Shown in pieces: positions 46,405 through 56,948 of a DNA stretch of 64,000 bases. The stretch spans positions 32,001-96,000 of the forward strand of contig JAHJQN010000003.1 of assembly GCA_018819225.1 (NCBI GenBank), in the 5' to 3' direction. This DNA comes from Candidatus Micrarchaeota archaeon (lineage in GTDB: Archaea > Micrarchaeota > Micrarchaeia > Norongarragalinales > SBBD01). The notes under the pieces are model-generated. The model saw only the letters and a program-made list of their open reading frames with translations. It was not told the origin of the DNA and ran no database searches. The stretch's first letter is position 1, and every line of letters begins with the position of its first letter. The translations under genes and the position numbers were made by a program.

Positions 46405-47913
46405 CTAACCTTGAACATACGCAAACAGGGGCGCCGAGAAGAATAAAAGCGAATAATACGAAAGCCACAACCCGCTGATCACGTCCGCGTGAATAAACGA
46501 AGAAAAGGCAAATAGGAGTAAAGCCATCGCGAAAGAGGTTTCTCGAAGCGTCAGGCGAACGGCCTTCTTCAACGAGCGCTGGAACGAATCCGTTTTCTTA
46601 ACCACCACGAACAAGGCCTTGCGATTCAACATGGCATTGAAAATCGCGCGCATTCGAACCAACGCCACGGAAAAGTTGAGGAAATACCCAATGACGCCGC
46701 GCCGGAACGAGGTGAAGAAGAACGTGGCGACCATATACATGCTGATCAGCGTCAACAGCATGGGAAGCAAATCCGAAAACTGAATTTGGGGAGCAAACTG
46801 CCAAAACGCTTCACCCGAAAAAATCAAGCGACTAATGCCCATGAGCGCAAAAAGAACCGTCAACAATGCGAAGAATACGTAAACAGCGGAAATGTATTGC
46901 AGCCCAAACACTTGCGTGAAATAGTGCATACGCTTTCGTGACGAAAAACGATTCCAGTTTTTCAGGTACGGGTTGATCAGCGACGCATTGCCATAGGAAT
47001 ACCGGTTTTGTTGCACGAGAAATTCGCTGAAGCGTTCAATGGGCTTACCGACCGCATATTGCTTCGGAACATAAATGCCGTGAAACCCCTTCAAATCCGC
47101 TTCAAACGAAAGCGCCGTGTCTTCCGTCAACGAGTGCGGGAATCCGCCGGCATCGCGTACGAGAGACGAGCGCAAGAGGCCCATCGAACCTTGGTACATG
47201 GCCATCTGGTCTCGGCTGCGAATCGGCTGAATGAAGCGGAGAAAGAATGCGTACGTTTCATCCACGGCCATGGAAAACAAGCTTCCGACACGCGTGCGCT
47301 TAACCGTTTGTACGGAGATCAGCAGGGGATCCGCTTCAAAATAGGGCAGCACGTCCTTCAAGAACGCGGGATGAGTCAGTTCTTCATCCGCATCAAACAT
47401 GCCGAAATAATCTTCGGACATTTGGTCCAGAAAGTGGTTGAGTGCGCCGGCCTTGAAATGCGTGCGGTCCGTACGGTGCATGAAAATGACTCCGAGTTCC
47501 GTGCAGGTGCGGCGCAATTCCCCAACGATCGCGGGAGTAGAGGAATCATCGAGCAAGTAGAATTTCAGCAAGGATTTCGGGTAATCCACGGTTTTCAGGG
47601 AAACCAAGGCTTTTTTCACGAGCGCCGGATCTTCATTGTACGAAGCAACTCCGAGCGCAACCGTCGGCAGTTTTTTCACGGGACGAGTCGCCGGACGGTC
47701 TTTCACGAAATACGAATCAAAGTAATAGGAAGTGCCCACGAAATTGAACACGATGGAAAGAAGCAGCAACAGAATGAACACGAACCCCAAAACGATTTCC
47801 ATGAACGAGGAGAATACGAATAACGTCAAGTACGTGAAATAAAAAACGGCAAAGAACGAGGAACCGCCCACAAACAGCAGTAAGACGTACCGCCTTAAGA
47901 TTTCAGGGTGCAT
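46405..47913 (-). CDS. Processive GT2 glycosyltransferase (cellulose synthase-like)
   Basis: SYNE, LDDS, HFKAGALN, FDAD, LTED and QQNRY (QxxRW-like); flanking TMs. Confidence 0.88.
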   Translation of the reverse strand: MHPEILRRYVLLLFVGGSSFFAVFYFTYLTLFVFSSFMEIVLGFVFILLLLLSIVFNFVGTSYYFDSYFVKDRPATRPVKKLPTVALGVASYNEDPALVKKALVSLKTVDYPKSLLKFYLLDDSSTPAIVGELRRTCTELGVIFMHRTDRTHFKAGALNHFLDQMSEDYFGMFDADEELTHPAFLKDVLPYFEADPLLISVQTVKRTRVGSLFSMAVDETYAFFLRFIQPIRSRDQMAMYQGSMGLLRSSLVRDAGGFPHSLTEDTALSFEADLKGFHGIYVPKQYAVGKPIERFSEFLVQQNRYSYGNASLINPYLKNWNRFSSRKRMHYFTQVFGLQYISAVYVFFALLTVLFALMGISRLIFSGEAFWQFAPQIQFSDLLPMLLTLISMYMVATFFFTSFRRGVIGYFLNFSVALVRMRAIFNAMLNRKALFVVVKKTDSFQRSLKKAVRLTLRETSFAMALLLFAFSSFIHADVISGLWLSYYSLLFFSAPLFAYVQG

Positions 47914-48016
47914 AACGCAAGTCCTCAACACGCGCTGTCGTTATTGATGCGAGTGAATCGACAGAATAGTGTTAAGCCAACCAGCATTTAAAAGCTTTAA
48001 AGGGTTAACGGGCTCC

Positions 48017-49303
48017 ATGCGACCCCTCGAACTGCTGCTCCTGTTTGCGATGGTTTCCGTCTTGTTCACGCACGCGTATTATGACCGGCCGCTCATCCGC
48101 GACCAACTCGAAAGCTTTCGCTCCGCCGAATTCCTTAAAGAACAACAGCACTTTCCCATCGAAAACGCCAATATTCAAGCGCCGGGAACGCGTTACCCGC
48201 CCATTTTTTCAGTCACATTAGCCACGCTGAGCGCATTAATGGGATTAAGCATTCCCACCATGGCCGAGCTTTTGGCGTACGCGACGACCGTCATCATGCT
48301 GCTATCCATGTTCTTGCTGGCTCGGGCGATCACGAATAGCGAGAAAAAAGCATTGATAGCCACGACCGTCTTCCTCACCATGCCGTGGCTGTTTTACCGG
48401 ATGACGTATCCGATCGCAGAAAGCATGGGATTCTCGCTACTACTCCTTGCGGTGTACACGTTTCACCAACAACGCTACTACGCCGCATCCATCGTGCTGT
48501 TCGTGCTCCCCCTCGTCCATTTTCGGAGCGCAGCCATTGCCTTGGGAACGCTATTTCTTTTTGCGTTACTCGCGCAACGAATCGGCGTATACCTTCAAAG
48601 CGCGCTTCCCTCCATTACCCTATACGTTTTTCTGGTCCCCCGACAGGCATTAGAACTCAGTAACCCTTGGGTAATACCCGCCACCGCATTCGAAATGATC
48701 GGCGTATTTGCGTTAACGCTAGGCATTCTAGGAGCCGGATATCAACTACTCGTAAAAAATTCGGGACTGGAATCCCTGACGTCGAGTTTTGTCCTCGCCT
48801 TTTTCGTGACCACACTCGTACTCCCGTTCCCGTTCCGGCAATTGTTGTTTCTTTCGCCAGCCATAGCGATTTTCGCCTCCGAAATCGTCGATGCCGCGCC
48901 ACGCGTGCTGCCTGGATTATTCATTGCGAGCGCGTTCATTCTCGCGTATAATGTGTCGTATCAATCGCTCCCGTATCGTTTGGAGGAACAAGCGGGCTTC
49001 CAAGCCCTGCAGTCCATGACCGGAGAACGGGTACTCGCTCCGTTCGAATACAATTACATTATCCCGTGGTTCTCCAAAAAACAAGTCGTGGCCGGGCCGT
49101 ACGTGGAAGAACTCGCGGATGGAATCCAACGCATTCGGGAACTCAGGGGGTATTACGAGGGATCCAACGCCGGCATTCAATCCGAAATCGAAAGCAAATA
49201 CGAACCCGATTTCATTGTGAGACGCAAACCGGTGGACGGATTCGAATCCATTCGAAGCGCTCGCGTATTGGACAGCAAGTCTTTTTCCGTTGAACGACGC
49301 TAA
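48017..49303 (+). CDS. Membrane protein, probable GT-C fold glycosyltransferase
   Basis: RYPPIF after the first loop, many TMs, LVH and PFRQ; soluble C-terminal domain. Confidence 0.6.
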   Translation: MRPLELLLLFAMVSVLFTHAYYDRPLIRDQLESFRSAEFLKEQQHFPIENANIQAPGTRYPPIFSVTLATLSALMGLSIPTMAELLAYATTVIMLLSMFLLARAITNSEKKALIATTVFLTMPWLFYRMTYPIAESMGFSLLLLAVYTFHQQRYYAASIVLFVLPLVHFRSAAIALGTLFLFALLAQRIGVYLQSALPSITLYVFLVPRQALELSNPWVIPATAFEMIGVFALTLGILGAGYQLLVKNSGLESLTSSFVLAFFVTTLVLPFPFRQLLFLSPAIAIFASEIVDAAPRVLPGLFIASAFILAYNVSYQSLPYRLEEQAGFQALQSMTGERVLAPFEYNYIIPWFSKKQVVAGPYVEELADGIQRIRELRGYYEGSNAGIQSEIESKYEPDFIVRRKPVDGFESIRSARVLDSKSFSVERR

Positions 49304-49375
49304 GGCATCTCCTTAACAAAAAAACAAGCATTATATAAACGGAGCTTGAACAAAGCGGTTAGAGGTGTCGTCAGA

Positions 49376-50863
49376 ATGGAAATAAAGTACGCGGTCATCG
49401 GACTGGTGATTATCGCTCTCGGATTCGCAGGCATTACGTATCTCCAACAGCCCCAGGAACACGTCTATCGCATTCAAGCGCAATGGAATCTGCAACAGCA
49501 GGCACTAGACAGTGCATCCGAAACACCGGAATCCGTCGAAATAACGGTGTATCAAGTCGAACCTCAACAATACTATTATCCCATTCAATCCCAAACCGGC
49601 TTCAATATTGACGAAGGCATCGCCCTCATTAAAGAAAAACGATCCGCGCTCTTTCCAGCAGGACTCACCTCGTTCGCCATGAAAGGAACCGCCCAACACA
49701 TTGATTCCACGTCCCTGCACCTTAAAGATTTCACGGATCCCGCGATCGCGGTATTGGAACAAAACTATCATTACGATCTGGTGAGCCAAAGCAAGCTGCT
49801 CCAAAAATTCTTGAATAAACCCATTGAAGTCCTTACGGAAAACGGTTTGGTGGCCGGCACGCTGCTCAGCTCCCGCGACGGCCTCGTACTCAAAAACTCG
49901 AACGGAATCGTTTCGTTCAACGAGTATAAGCAAGTGAATTTTCCATCCTTGCCTGAAGGACTCGTGACCGTACCGACCATTAACTGGTTACTGGGAAGCC
50001 ATGCGGCAGGAGAACACGATCTCGAAGTGAGTTACTTGGCCTCCGGATTAAACTGGCACGCGGATTACGTAGCCGTTGTCAACGAAGCGGATACGCTGCT
50101 AGACCTGCAAGGCTGGGTATCCCTCCAGAATCGAGCAGGCGCTACATTTGAAAACGCGAAATTGAAGCTCATCGCCGGAGACATTCACTTGGTTCGCGGA
50201 CAAAAAGCGGCTGCACGTTACCCGATGGTAGAGGATATGGCGATGGGAGCCGCACCCGCGCCGCAGTTCACGGAAGAAGGCTTGTTCGAATACCACTTGT
50301 ATTCCCTGCAACGACCGACCACGCTGAAAGACAACGAGGACAAGCAAATCGCGTTATTTACAGCCGAAAACACGGGCGTACAAAAACAATACGTATTCGA
50401 TTCGAGAACCAGCGACAAAGTGCAAGTCAAACTCAACTTCGATAACTCGGAAGAAAACAATCTAGGAATGCCCATGCCCAAAGGAAAAGTGCGCGTGTAC
50501 AAGGCGGACTCGGAAGGCCAATTGCAGTTCCTCGGAGAAGATGAAATCGATCACACGCCAAAGGATGAAACCATTCGACTCTTCATCGGAAACGCATTCG
50601 ATATCACCGCGGTCGAGACGCAAACCAATTATGAAAAAATCAGCTCGTGCCAGCGGCGGGAATCGTATAAAGTCGAAATCCGCAATCACAAAGAGGAACC
50701 GATCACGGTTACGGTCCTCAAATACGTGTATAGCGACTGGGAAATCGTGCAAGAAAACTTCGGGCACGTCAAGGAAAGCAGCACGAAGGCGTCATGGCAA
50801 GTACCCGTTGCGGCAGACGGAACCGAAACGCTTACATATACCGCGAGAATCAAGTATTGTTAA
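49376..50863 (+). CDS. DUF4139/DUF4140-type exported protein
   Basis: LEQNYHYDL, SYLASGLNWHADY, L.GWV.L.N.AG, FEYHLY.L..P.TL, LGMPMPKG.VRVY and IDHTP; N-terminal anchor. Confidence 0.85.
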   Translation: MEIKYAVIGLVIIALGFAGITYLQQPQEHVYRIQAQWNLQQQALDSASETPESVEITVYQVEPQQYYYPIQSQTGFNIDEGIALIKEKRSALFPAGLTSFAMKGTAQHIDSTSLHLKDFTDPAIAVLEQNYHYDLVSQSKLLQKFLNKPIEVLTENGLVAGTLLSSRDGLVLKNSNGIVSFNEYKQVNFPSLPEGLVTVPTINWLLGSHAAGEHDLEVSYLASGLNWHADYVAVVNEADTLLDLQGWVSLQNRAGATFENAKLKLIAGDIHLVRGQKAAARYPMVEDMAMGAAPAPQFTEEGLFEYHLYSLQRPTTLKDNEDKQIALFTAENTGVQKQYVFDSRTSDKVQVKLNFDNSEENNLGMPMPKGKVRVYKADSEGQLQFLGEDEIDHTPKDETIRLFIGNAFDITAVETQTNYEKISSCQRRESYKVEIRNHKEEPITVTVLKYVYSDWEIVQENFGHVKESSTKASWQVPVAADGTETLTYTARIKYC

Positions 50864-50877
50864 CGAGGTGGTCGCGC

Positions 50878-52320
50878 ATGAATCGTTTACAAAGAATCGC
50901 TATTTGGATGTTCTTGGGACTGCTTTTCGCGCCCGCGCACGCCATGGATCAGCCATCCGAAACGGATATTATGATCCAACCGATCATGGCAACGACGATG
51001 CCGCCATTTCCTGCAGAAAACTTCGATTACTCGATTCGTCTGCGACCGGGATGGAACCTCGTATCCGTTCCGGTTGCGTTCTATCAACGCGTGGAATGCA
51101 TTACGGCCCCTTGTCCTGCGGGAATGCCTGCCAACATTAAAAGCAATACGTGTCGCGATCCCAAGGTGTATGCGTACGACGCCTTAAACAACCGGTATCG
51201 AGACCAAACACAAGCGTTATACCAAGAAATCTATCCGCAAGGCGGGTGGAGCGCCGGATACGCGTATTGGGTGAAAGTGAAGGAATCTTGCGAGCTCACG
51301 TTTGAAGGATCGCATCGCATGACTCCCGAATTGATAGCGAATGGAGACGGGTGGTCATTGAATGCGGGCTGGAATGCCGTGGGTGGACCGTACAAGAATG
51401 TGGAGTTCTCGAAAGTGAGCGAGATGTGCCGCGTCTCAAGCGGACCGTACCGATTCAACACGGCAGCCAATAAATGGGAGAAAGCGCAAGTGCTCATGGA
51501 AGGCGAAGGATACTTCATCAAAGTGAGGGATGACTGTTTCTTAACGCCAAGCGGACCCGTCACCACCAACAGGGAACAAGCGTTGTGCGAAAGCACGGGA
51601 GGAAAATGGATCCAATACAAATGCGGTACGGGAAACAAATGCGTTGGTGCGAAACCCTACTGTGAATGCCCGAGTGATTCCGTGTGGAATGATGTGAAAG
51701 GATGCGGACTCAATTACCAAGATGAAGCGTATTGCGAGAAAGACTCGGATTGCGTACGACAAGGCAGCTGCTGCGATTGCGGGCTCGGAAAATATATCAA
51801 CAAAGATCATTACGAGGAGGTAATCTGCGAGGCGCAATGTTTGTGCGCATCGTATCCCAGTCGAGGCATCTGTGAAGACCATCAATGCAAGGCCGTGCCA
51901 AAAGAATACCTTCGCCAAACAGAGAAAGTGGAAATGAAGCTCAGCGCGTTCTCGCACGCCAATAACCCCATCGAAATCGGGGTCAAGAACCTAGGAGAGG
52001 AAAGTATTTATTACACGAAAGGATGCACGTCCCCATTTACGATAGAGAAGATGAATTTGAACGGCGAGTGGGAACCCCTTAAACGATACGGACCCAACAC
52101 CGCATTCTGCATGGGATTTTCAGTAGCCGAACTCGAGCCCGGAAATACGGACACGCTGGGCACCTGGAACCTCAAAGAATATTATCACACCATGGTCAAC
52201 AATGACCTCTACCAATTCGTGGGGTTAGGCCGGTATGCCATCGTCTTCGGATACACGTTTGACCCCGACCGAGCGGGCACAGCCGACTACGCGGTTCGAG
52301 CGGAATTTTCAATACCCTAA
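50878..52320 (+). CDS. Secreted Cys-rich surface protein (paralog 1)
   Basis: Signal peptide; two L..GWN / GY..KV...C repeats; LCESTGGKW and C..DSDC....CCDC modules. Confidence 0.75.
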   Translation: MNRLQRIAIWMFLGLLFAPAHAMDQPSETDIMIQPIMATTMPPFPAENFDYSIRLRPGWNLVSVPVAFYQRVECITAPCPAGMPANIKSNTCRDPKVYAYDALNNRYRDQTQALYQEIYPQGGWSAGYAYWVKVKESCELTFEGSHRMTPELIANGDGWSLNAGWNAVGGPYKNVEFSKVSEMCRVSSGPYRFNTAANKWEKAQVLMEGEGYFIKVRDDCFLTPSGPVTTNREQALCESTGGKWIQYKCGTGNKCVGAKPYCECPSDSVWNDVKGCGLNYQDEAYCEKDSDCVRQGSCCDCGLGKYINKDHYEEVICEAQCLCASYPSRGICEDHQCKAVPKEYLRQTEKVEMKLSAFSHANNPIEIGVKNLGEESIYYTKGCTSPFTIEKMNLNGEWEPLKRYGPNTAFCMGFSVAELEPGNTDTLGTWNLKEYYHTMVNNDLYQFVGLGRYAIVFGYTFDPDRAGTADYAVRAEFSIP

Positions 52321-52349
52321 AATAGAAACGCGCGCAGGTGAGACACGCA

Positions 52350-53834
52350 ATGGAAAAAAGAGGCCTAATCGGTATTGCAGCGGTTCTGTTAATGATCGCG
52401 ATGCCCGCAGTAAACGGTACCACGTTTATTTCAGAGTGCGCGTCCGATAACTACCGGACCGCGCAATCGGATGCCGTGGCCACGGGCACGATCTACCACG
52501 TGGAAAGCACGGTGCGCGAAAGCGAGATGACCGTAATCCGTATCGAAGACGTCACGTTCGAGAAAGGCGGGCCGGAACCAACGGACCTGCACATCACGTC
52601 CATGGAATTCTACGTACTCGGAAATGAAAACATGCGGGTCGCGGGATTCCCTGAACTGGACGCAAACGATATCGGGAAACGCGTGCGCGTGCAATTGCAT
52701 AAAGATTTTTACGGAAGTTACAGTCTCGTATGCGGGGAATTCGGATGGGCATTCTTACAGCTACCCCAAGAACCTATCGTGAATGAACGCTTCGAACAAG
52801 CCGTTGAACTGGAAGCAGGCTGGAACCTGTTTAGCATCAATCCCTACGTATACCGCGGAATCGATTGTCAAGAAAACGAACGCTGCATTTTAATCGCAGG
52901 AACCGCGCTGGAAGTGAAGGAAAACTCGTGCGGGAACATGCGATTATGGCACTACCATCCGGAAACGAATCAGTACGAACACGCGAGGTTATCAGAACTT
53001 GAATACGCGCACGTGCAAGGCCTTGCCCATAATCCGTCGAACGGCTATTTCGCGAAAGTGCCGAATCATTGCCGCGTCGTATTTACGGGAGACGAGGAAC
53101 TTCAGAGCATGCATGGAACGCAGCTGCAGCGGGGATGGAATCAAATCGGCGCCGCGTATCATTCCGAAAACGCGGAAACCCTGCTGCGCTCGTGCTTCGT
53201 GAACGCGGGCCCGTATGATTATGACTCGAACGTGAAGCGATGGGTTCGCGCGACGGCATTCGAACCCGAAAAAGCGTATTTCGTGAAAGTGGCCGGCGAG
53301 TGTTCGCTTAAGCAAAAAGAGCCGGATACAACAAAGAAAAAGCTTTGTGAAGATTCAGAGGGAAGCTGGGAAAAAACCTGCCAGTCTTCTGATGTGAAAT
53401 GCACCATTTACGAATGGAATTGCCAGTGTCCCGAGACGCTGAGTTGGTCCGATCGTTCGGGATGCGTCACCACAGCCACCCATTCAGGAAATGATCCGTC
53501 CGTCACATTTGACGAGCTCATGGAAGCGCCATGGAAGCACGACGGGCAAGGCGTTTGTGTCGAAGCGGTTTACGGAAATGGATTTGAATTCTCTGGATTA
53601 GGTCAAGAAACGATCGATCGTTGTACGGACAGCGAACCCCCCGAATGTTATTACCAGTTATCCGAACCGGTTATCTGGACGTCCTTGAGCACCATTACAC
53701 CTCTCGAAGTAAAAATCGCGAGGGCGCAAGGATCGTATTACCAGAAAGCGGTATCGTGCGGCGTATTCTACTATGAACCGCGCGGTGGTTTTGGACATCT
53801 CGGCGCATACCAGTACACGATTATAGCGAGTTAA
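52350..53834 (+). CDS. Secreted Cys-rich surface protein (paralog 2)
   Basis: Signal peptide; LEAGWNL and LQRGWNQ repeats, AYFVKVAGECSL and LCEDSEGSW...CQCP...W....GC. Confidence 0.75.
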   Translation: MEKRGLIGIAAVLLMIAMPAVNGTTFISECASDNYRTAQSDAVATGTIYHVESTVRESEMTVIRIEDVTFEKGGPEPTDLHITSMEFYVLGNENMRVAGFPELDANDIGKRVRVQLHKDFYGSYSLVCGEFGWAFLQLPQEPIVNERFEQAVELEAGWNLFSINPYVYRGIDCQENERCILIAGTALEVKENSCGNMRLWHYHPETNQYEHARLSELEYAHVQGLAHNPSNGYFAKVPNHCRVVFTGDEELQSMHGTQLQRGWNQIGAAYHSENAETLLRSCFVNAGPYDYDSNVKRWVRATAFEPEKAYFVKVAGECSLKQKEPDTTKKKLCEDSEGSWEKTCQSSDVKCTIYEWNCQCPETLSWSDRSGCVTTATHSGNDPSVTFDELMEAPWKHDGQGVCVEAVYGNGFEFSGLGQETIDRCTDSEPPECYYQLSEPVIWTSLSTITPLEVKIARAQGSYYQKAVSCGVFYYEPRGGFGHLGAYQYTIIAS

Positions 53835-56251
53835 GGCTGCACGTGCACGGAAACCATTGATCCATCTCCGGAAAGGGGTTTGAAGGAAACGCTTCCGAGC
53901 TTCATCACCGCCTTCAAATCCGCTTCCAGCTCCGTCATCCGCGGCAACAGCTTCTCCGGCACGGAAACCTCGGCGGAAGAAAGGGGTTCATTTAATGCGA
54001 GATGGTTCGCGGCCTTGAACTTGCGTATCAAGGATACCGCGTCGTGCAAAATGTGCGCGAGTTCCTCCGCAGACGCATCGCGGAGAGATTCCTTCATCTC
54101 CGGCCAAGACGTGAGGTGAATGGACTTGGCTTCCCGCGCCTCTTTCGGAAACAGCCTGTGGAATAATTCTTCCGTGACGTAGCAGGCGAAAGGCGCCAAG
54201 AGCTGCAGCGTGTTCAACAAGACTTCCCGAAAAACGTATTGAACCGCTTCCCGGCTCTTCGCGTGTTCCTTCCCTTTAGCGTAAATACGGTGCTTCACTT
54301 CCTCGAGATAGAAATCACAGAAATCCTTCCAGAAAAAGTTTTGCACGGCCACAATGGAATCATAGTATTCGTATTGGTCCATGGATTGCGTCGTCGATTC
54401 GATGGTGGCGTGCAAGCGAGAAAGCATCCAGCGGTCCGAGACGTGCAAGTGCGCTTTGACTTCCCCATAAGACCGAGGTTCGGAATGCTCCAGAGTTTTA
54501 GCGACAAGGGATGAAGCGTTCCAGAGCTTGTTGAGAAAACTTTGCGCGTATTGAATATCCTTCCAGTAAAACACGTTATCTTTTCCGGTGGTGCCGGAGA
54601 GCGCTATCCATTGTCTTAACGCGTCCACGGAGCTCTTCGCAATAACGTCTTTGGCTTCCACGTAATTGCCGAGACTCTTGCTCATCTTCTTGTTGTCGCT
54701 TCCGAGCACCATGCCGTTGATCAGCAAATCCTTGAACGGAGGCGTTCCCGTGAGCTCCGTGCAGCGAAAGATCGAGTAAAACGCCCACGTGCGGATAATG
54801 TCCGTGCCTTGAGGACGCACCGCGTTCGGGTACAAGCGTTTGAACAGCTTCTCGTCCTCCATCCACTTGCTGATAATCAAGGGGGTTATGCTGGAGTCCA
54901 CCCAGCCGTCGCACACGGAGGTTTCCCCGATAATGGCCCCTCCACACGAACACGTCTTTTTCTTGAATGCGTGCGAAGCAGGGTCAACGGGAAGATCGTT
55001 CTTTGAAGGCGCATGAACCGCGCCGCATTTTTCGCAATAATAGAACGGGAGAGGAATGCCGAATACGCGCTGGCGCGAAATGCACCAATCCCATTCCAAG
55101 CCGTTCGTCCAATCAACCAGGAGTTGTTGGTGATGGGAAGGATACCAGCGCATGCGAGAAGAGGCTTTCAAAATCTTTTCTTTCTGGTCCTTGAGCTTGA
55201 TGAACCACTGCCGGCTCTGCAGTAATTCAACGGGATGCTTGCAACGGTCGTGCACCTTCACCGTCTGACGTCGTTTTTCTTGCTTGAGCAATAAACCGGC
55301 AGAACCCAAATCGTCAATTATTTTTGCGCGCGCTTTATCCGCTTTCAAACCGTTGTACGCTTCCGAAGCGTTCATCACGCGACCCGCGTGATCAAATGCC
55401 TCGACGACCGGCAACGTATATTGGTACATCCACATCACGTCCTGCCGGTCACCAAACGTGCAAATCATGACGATACCGGAACCGAATTCGGGATCAACTG
55501 CAGAATCCGCGTACACGCGCACCGGTTTCTTAAATAGCGGGGTAAACGCGATCTTTCCAATCCACTTCTTGTTTCGCGCGTCTTCCGGATGCACCGCGAT
55601 ACCCACGCACGCGTGCAAAAGCTCGGGACGCGTCGTCGCGATCACGAGATCCTGTTCCTCGCACGAGAATTTCACGTAGTGGAGCGTGCCCTCGCGATCA
55701 TGATCCTCGGTCTCCGCCTTCGCGATCGCGCTTCGGCAGCGCGTGCAGAATAAAACAGGATGCTTGGCCTGATAGACCAAGCCGTTATCGTGCATGAGAA
55801 GAAGCGATAGCTGCACCTTGCGGTGATACTCCTTGTGAAACGTGTAATACTCGTGCCGCCAATCAATACTGAAACCCATCTGCTGCATTTGCTCCTTGAT
55901 GGAAGCCACCATGTCGCGACTCCACTCCAAACACTTCTCCCGAAATTCAGCTCGCGGCAGACGTCCAAACTTCTTTTCCACTTTCGTTTCCGTTGGAAAT
56001 CCGTGGCAATCCCAGCCTTGAGGGAATAAAACGTTGTATTGGCGCATCCGCTTGTACCGGGCCGCAAAATCGATGTAACCCCAATTCAACGTCGACCCCG
56101 TATGAAATTCTCCAGTGGGAAACGGAGGAGGCGTATCGATAACGTAAATCGGTTTTTGGGCATCCGATTCATCGAATTGGTGGATGCGGTGATGGTGCCA
56201 GTACTCCCGCCAACGCCCTTCCATCTGTTTCGAGTTAAGCTTGCCGAGCAT
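53831..56251 (-). CDS. valS: Valyl-tRNA synthetase (archaeal type)
   Basis: IDTPPP, HTGS (HIGH variant), GWDCHG.PTE, ATTRPE, DWCISRQR, RPQGTDII and KMSKS. Start moved to ATG 56251 to avoid overlap with the DedA gene. Confidence 0.94.
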   Translation of the reverse strand: MLGKLNSKQMEGRWREYWHHHRIHQFDESDAQKPIYVIDTPPPFPTGEFHTGSTLNWGYIDFAARYKRMRQYNVLFPQGWDCHGFPTETKVEKKFGRLPRAEFREKCLEWSRDMVASIKEQMQQMGFSIDWRHEYYTFHKEYHRKVQLSLLLMHDNGLVYQAKHPVLFCTRCRSAIAKAETEDHDREGTLHYVKFSCEEQDLVIATTRPELLHACVGIAVHPEDARNKKWIGKIAFTPLFKKPVRVYADSAVDPEFGSGIVMICTFGDRQDVMWMYQYTLPVVEAFDHAGRVMNASEAYNGLKADKARAKIIDDLGSAGLLLKQEKRRQTVKVHDRCKHPVELLQSRQWFIKLKDQKEKILKASSRMRWYPSHHQQLLVDWTNGLEWDWCISRQRVFGIPLPFYYCEKCGAVHAPSKNDLPVDPASHAFKKKTCSCGGAIIGETSVCDGWVDSSITPLIISKWMEDEKLFKRLYPNAVRPQGTDIIRTWAFYSIFRCTELTGTPPFKDLLINGMVLGSDNKKMSKSLGNYVEAKDVIAKSSVDALRQWIALSGTTGKDNVFYWKDIQYAQSFLNKLWNASSLVAKTLEHSEPRSYGEVKAHLHVSDRWMLSRLHATIESTTQSMDQYEYYDSIVAVQNFFWKDFCDFYLEEVKHRIYAKGKEHAKSREAVQYVFREVLLNTLQLLAPFACYVTEELFHRLFPKEAREAKSIHLTSWPEMKESLRDASAEELAHILHDAVSLIRKFKAANHLALNEPLSSAEVSVPEKLLPRMTELEADLKAVMKLGSVSFKPLSGDGSMVSVHVQP

Positions 56252-56289
56252 ATGATCACGTGCTGCGTAGCTCTTAGCGGTGAAAGCCT

Positions 56290-56925
56290 TTAAGGGATTG
56301 CGGTCTCCCGTTTCCGGTGCTTCCAATACTCGTAAATGGCGGGAAGGAACGACAGGAATATCACCAAACCAATAACCCAAAGCAAATTTTTCTCGAGATC
56401 GGGAATCGCGTGCCCGAGGAAGAAGCTGAGTGACGTGAGACCCGTCACCCAAATGAACCCGCCCACCACGTTGTACGTGGCAAACGACTTGTACGACATG
56501 CCGGAGGCTCCAGCTACGATGGGCGCAAACGTGCGCACCACGGGAACAAAACGCGCAAGAACAATGGTTTTCCCGCCGTGTTTATCGTAAAAGGCCTTTG
56601 CTTTCTGCAAGTGGCTTTGCTTGAAGAAACGAGAGTCCGGACGCGAATAAAGTCTCGGACCTACTTTCTTCCCGAAAAAGTAGCCGACCGCATCCCCCAT
56701 GATGGCCGCAGGAACGAGAATGACGTTGAGCAGAAAAATATCCAAGTGACCGGTCGCAGCAAACAAGCCCGCGGTAACGAGCAAGGAATCCCCGGGCAAA
56801 AAGAAACCAATCATCAGCCCGGTTTCCGCAAAAATGATGAAGGCCAGACCCGCATAACCCACCGTGCTGATGAGGAAAGGAATATCGTAGAGTTGGGTAA
56901 AGAATACGATGAGCTGATCCCACAT
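56290..56925 (-). CDS. DedA / VTT domain membrane protein
   Basis: FAETGL..GFFLPGDSLL..AG and ARFVP.VRTFAP.VAG. Confidence 0.92.
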   Translation of the reverse strand: MWDQLIVFFTQLYDIPFLISTVGYAGLAFIIFAETGLMIGFFLPGDSLLVTAGLFAATGHLDIFLLNVILVPAAIMGDAVGYFFGKKVGPRLYSRPDSRFFKQSHLQKAKAFYDKHGGKTIVLARFVPVVRTFAPIVAGASGMSYKSFATYNVVGGFIWVTGLTSLSFFLGHAIPDLEKNLLWVIGLVIFLSFLPAIYEYWKHRKRETAIP

Positions 56926-56948
56926 GATAACAATCCTCCGAATCGACG

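Noticed and set aside
56251-56452. N-terminal extensions in the ORF track for valS (also malQ, alaX, ftsZ, tpiA, pdxT)
   Set aside because: They overlap neighbouring genes and lack homology; downstream starts fit better.
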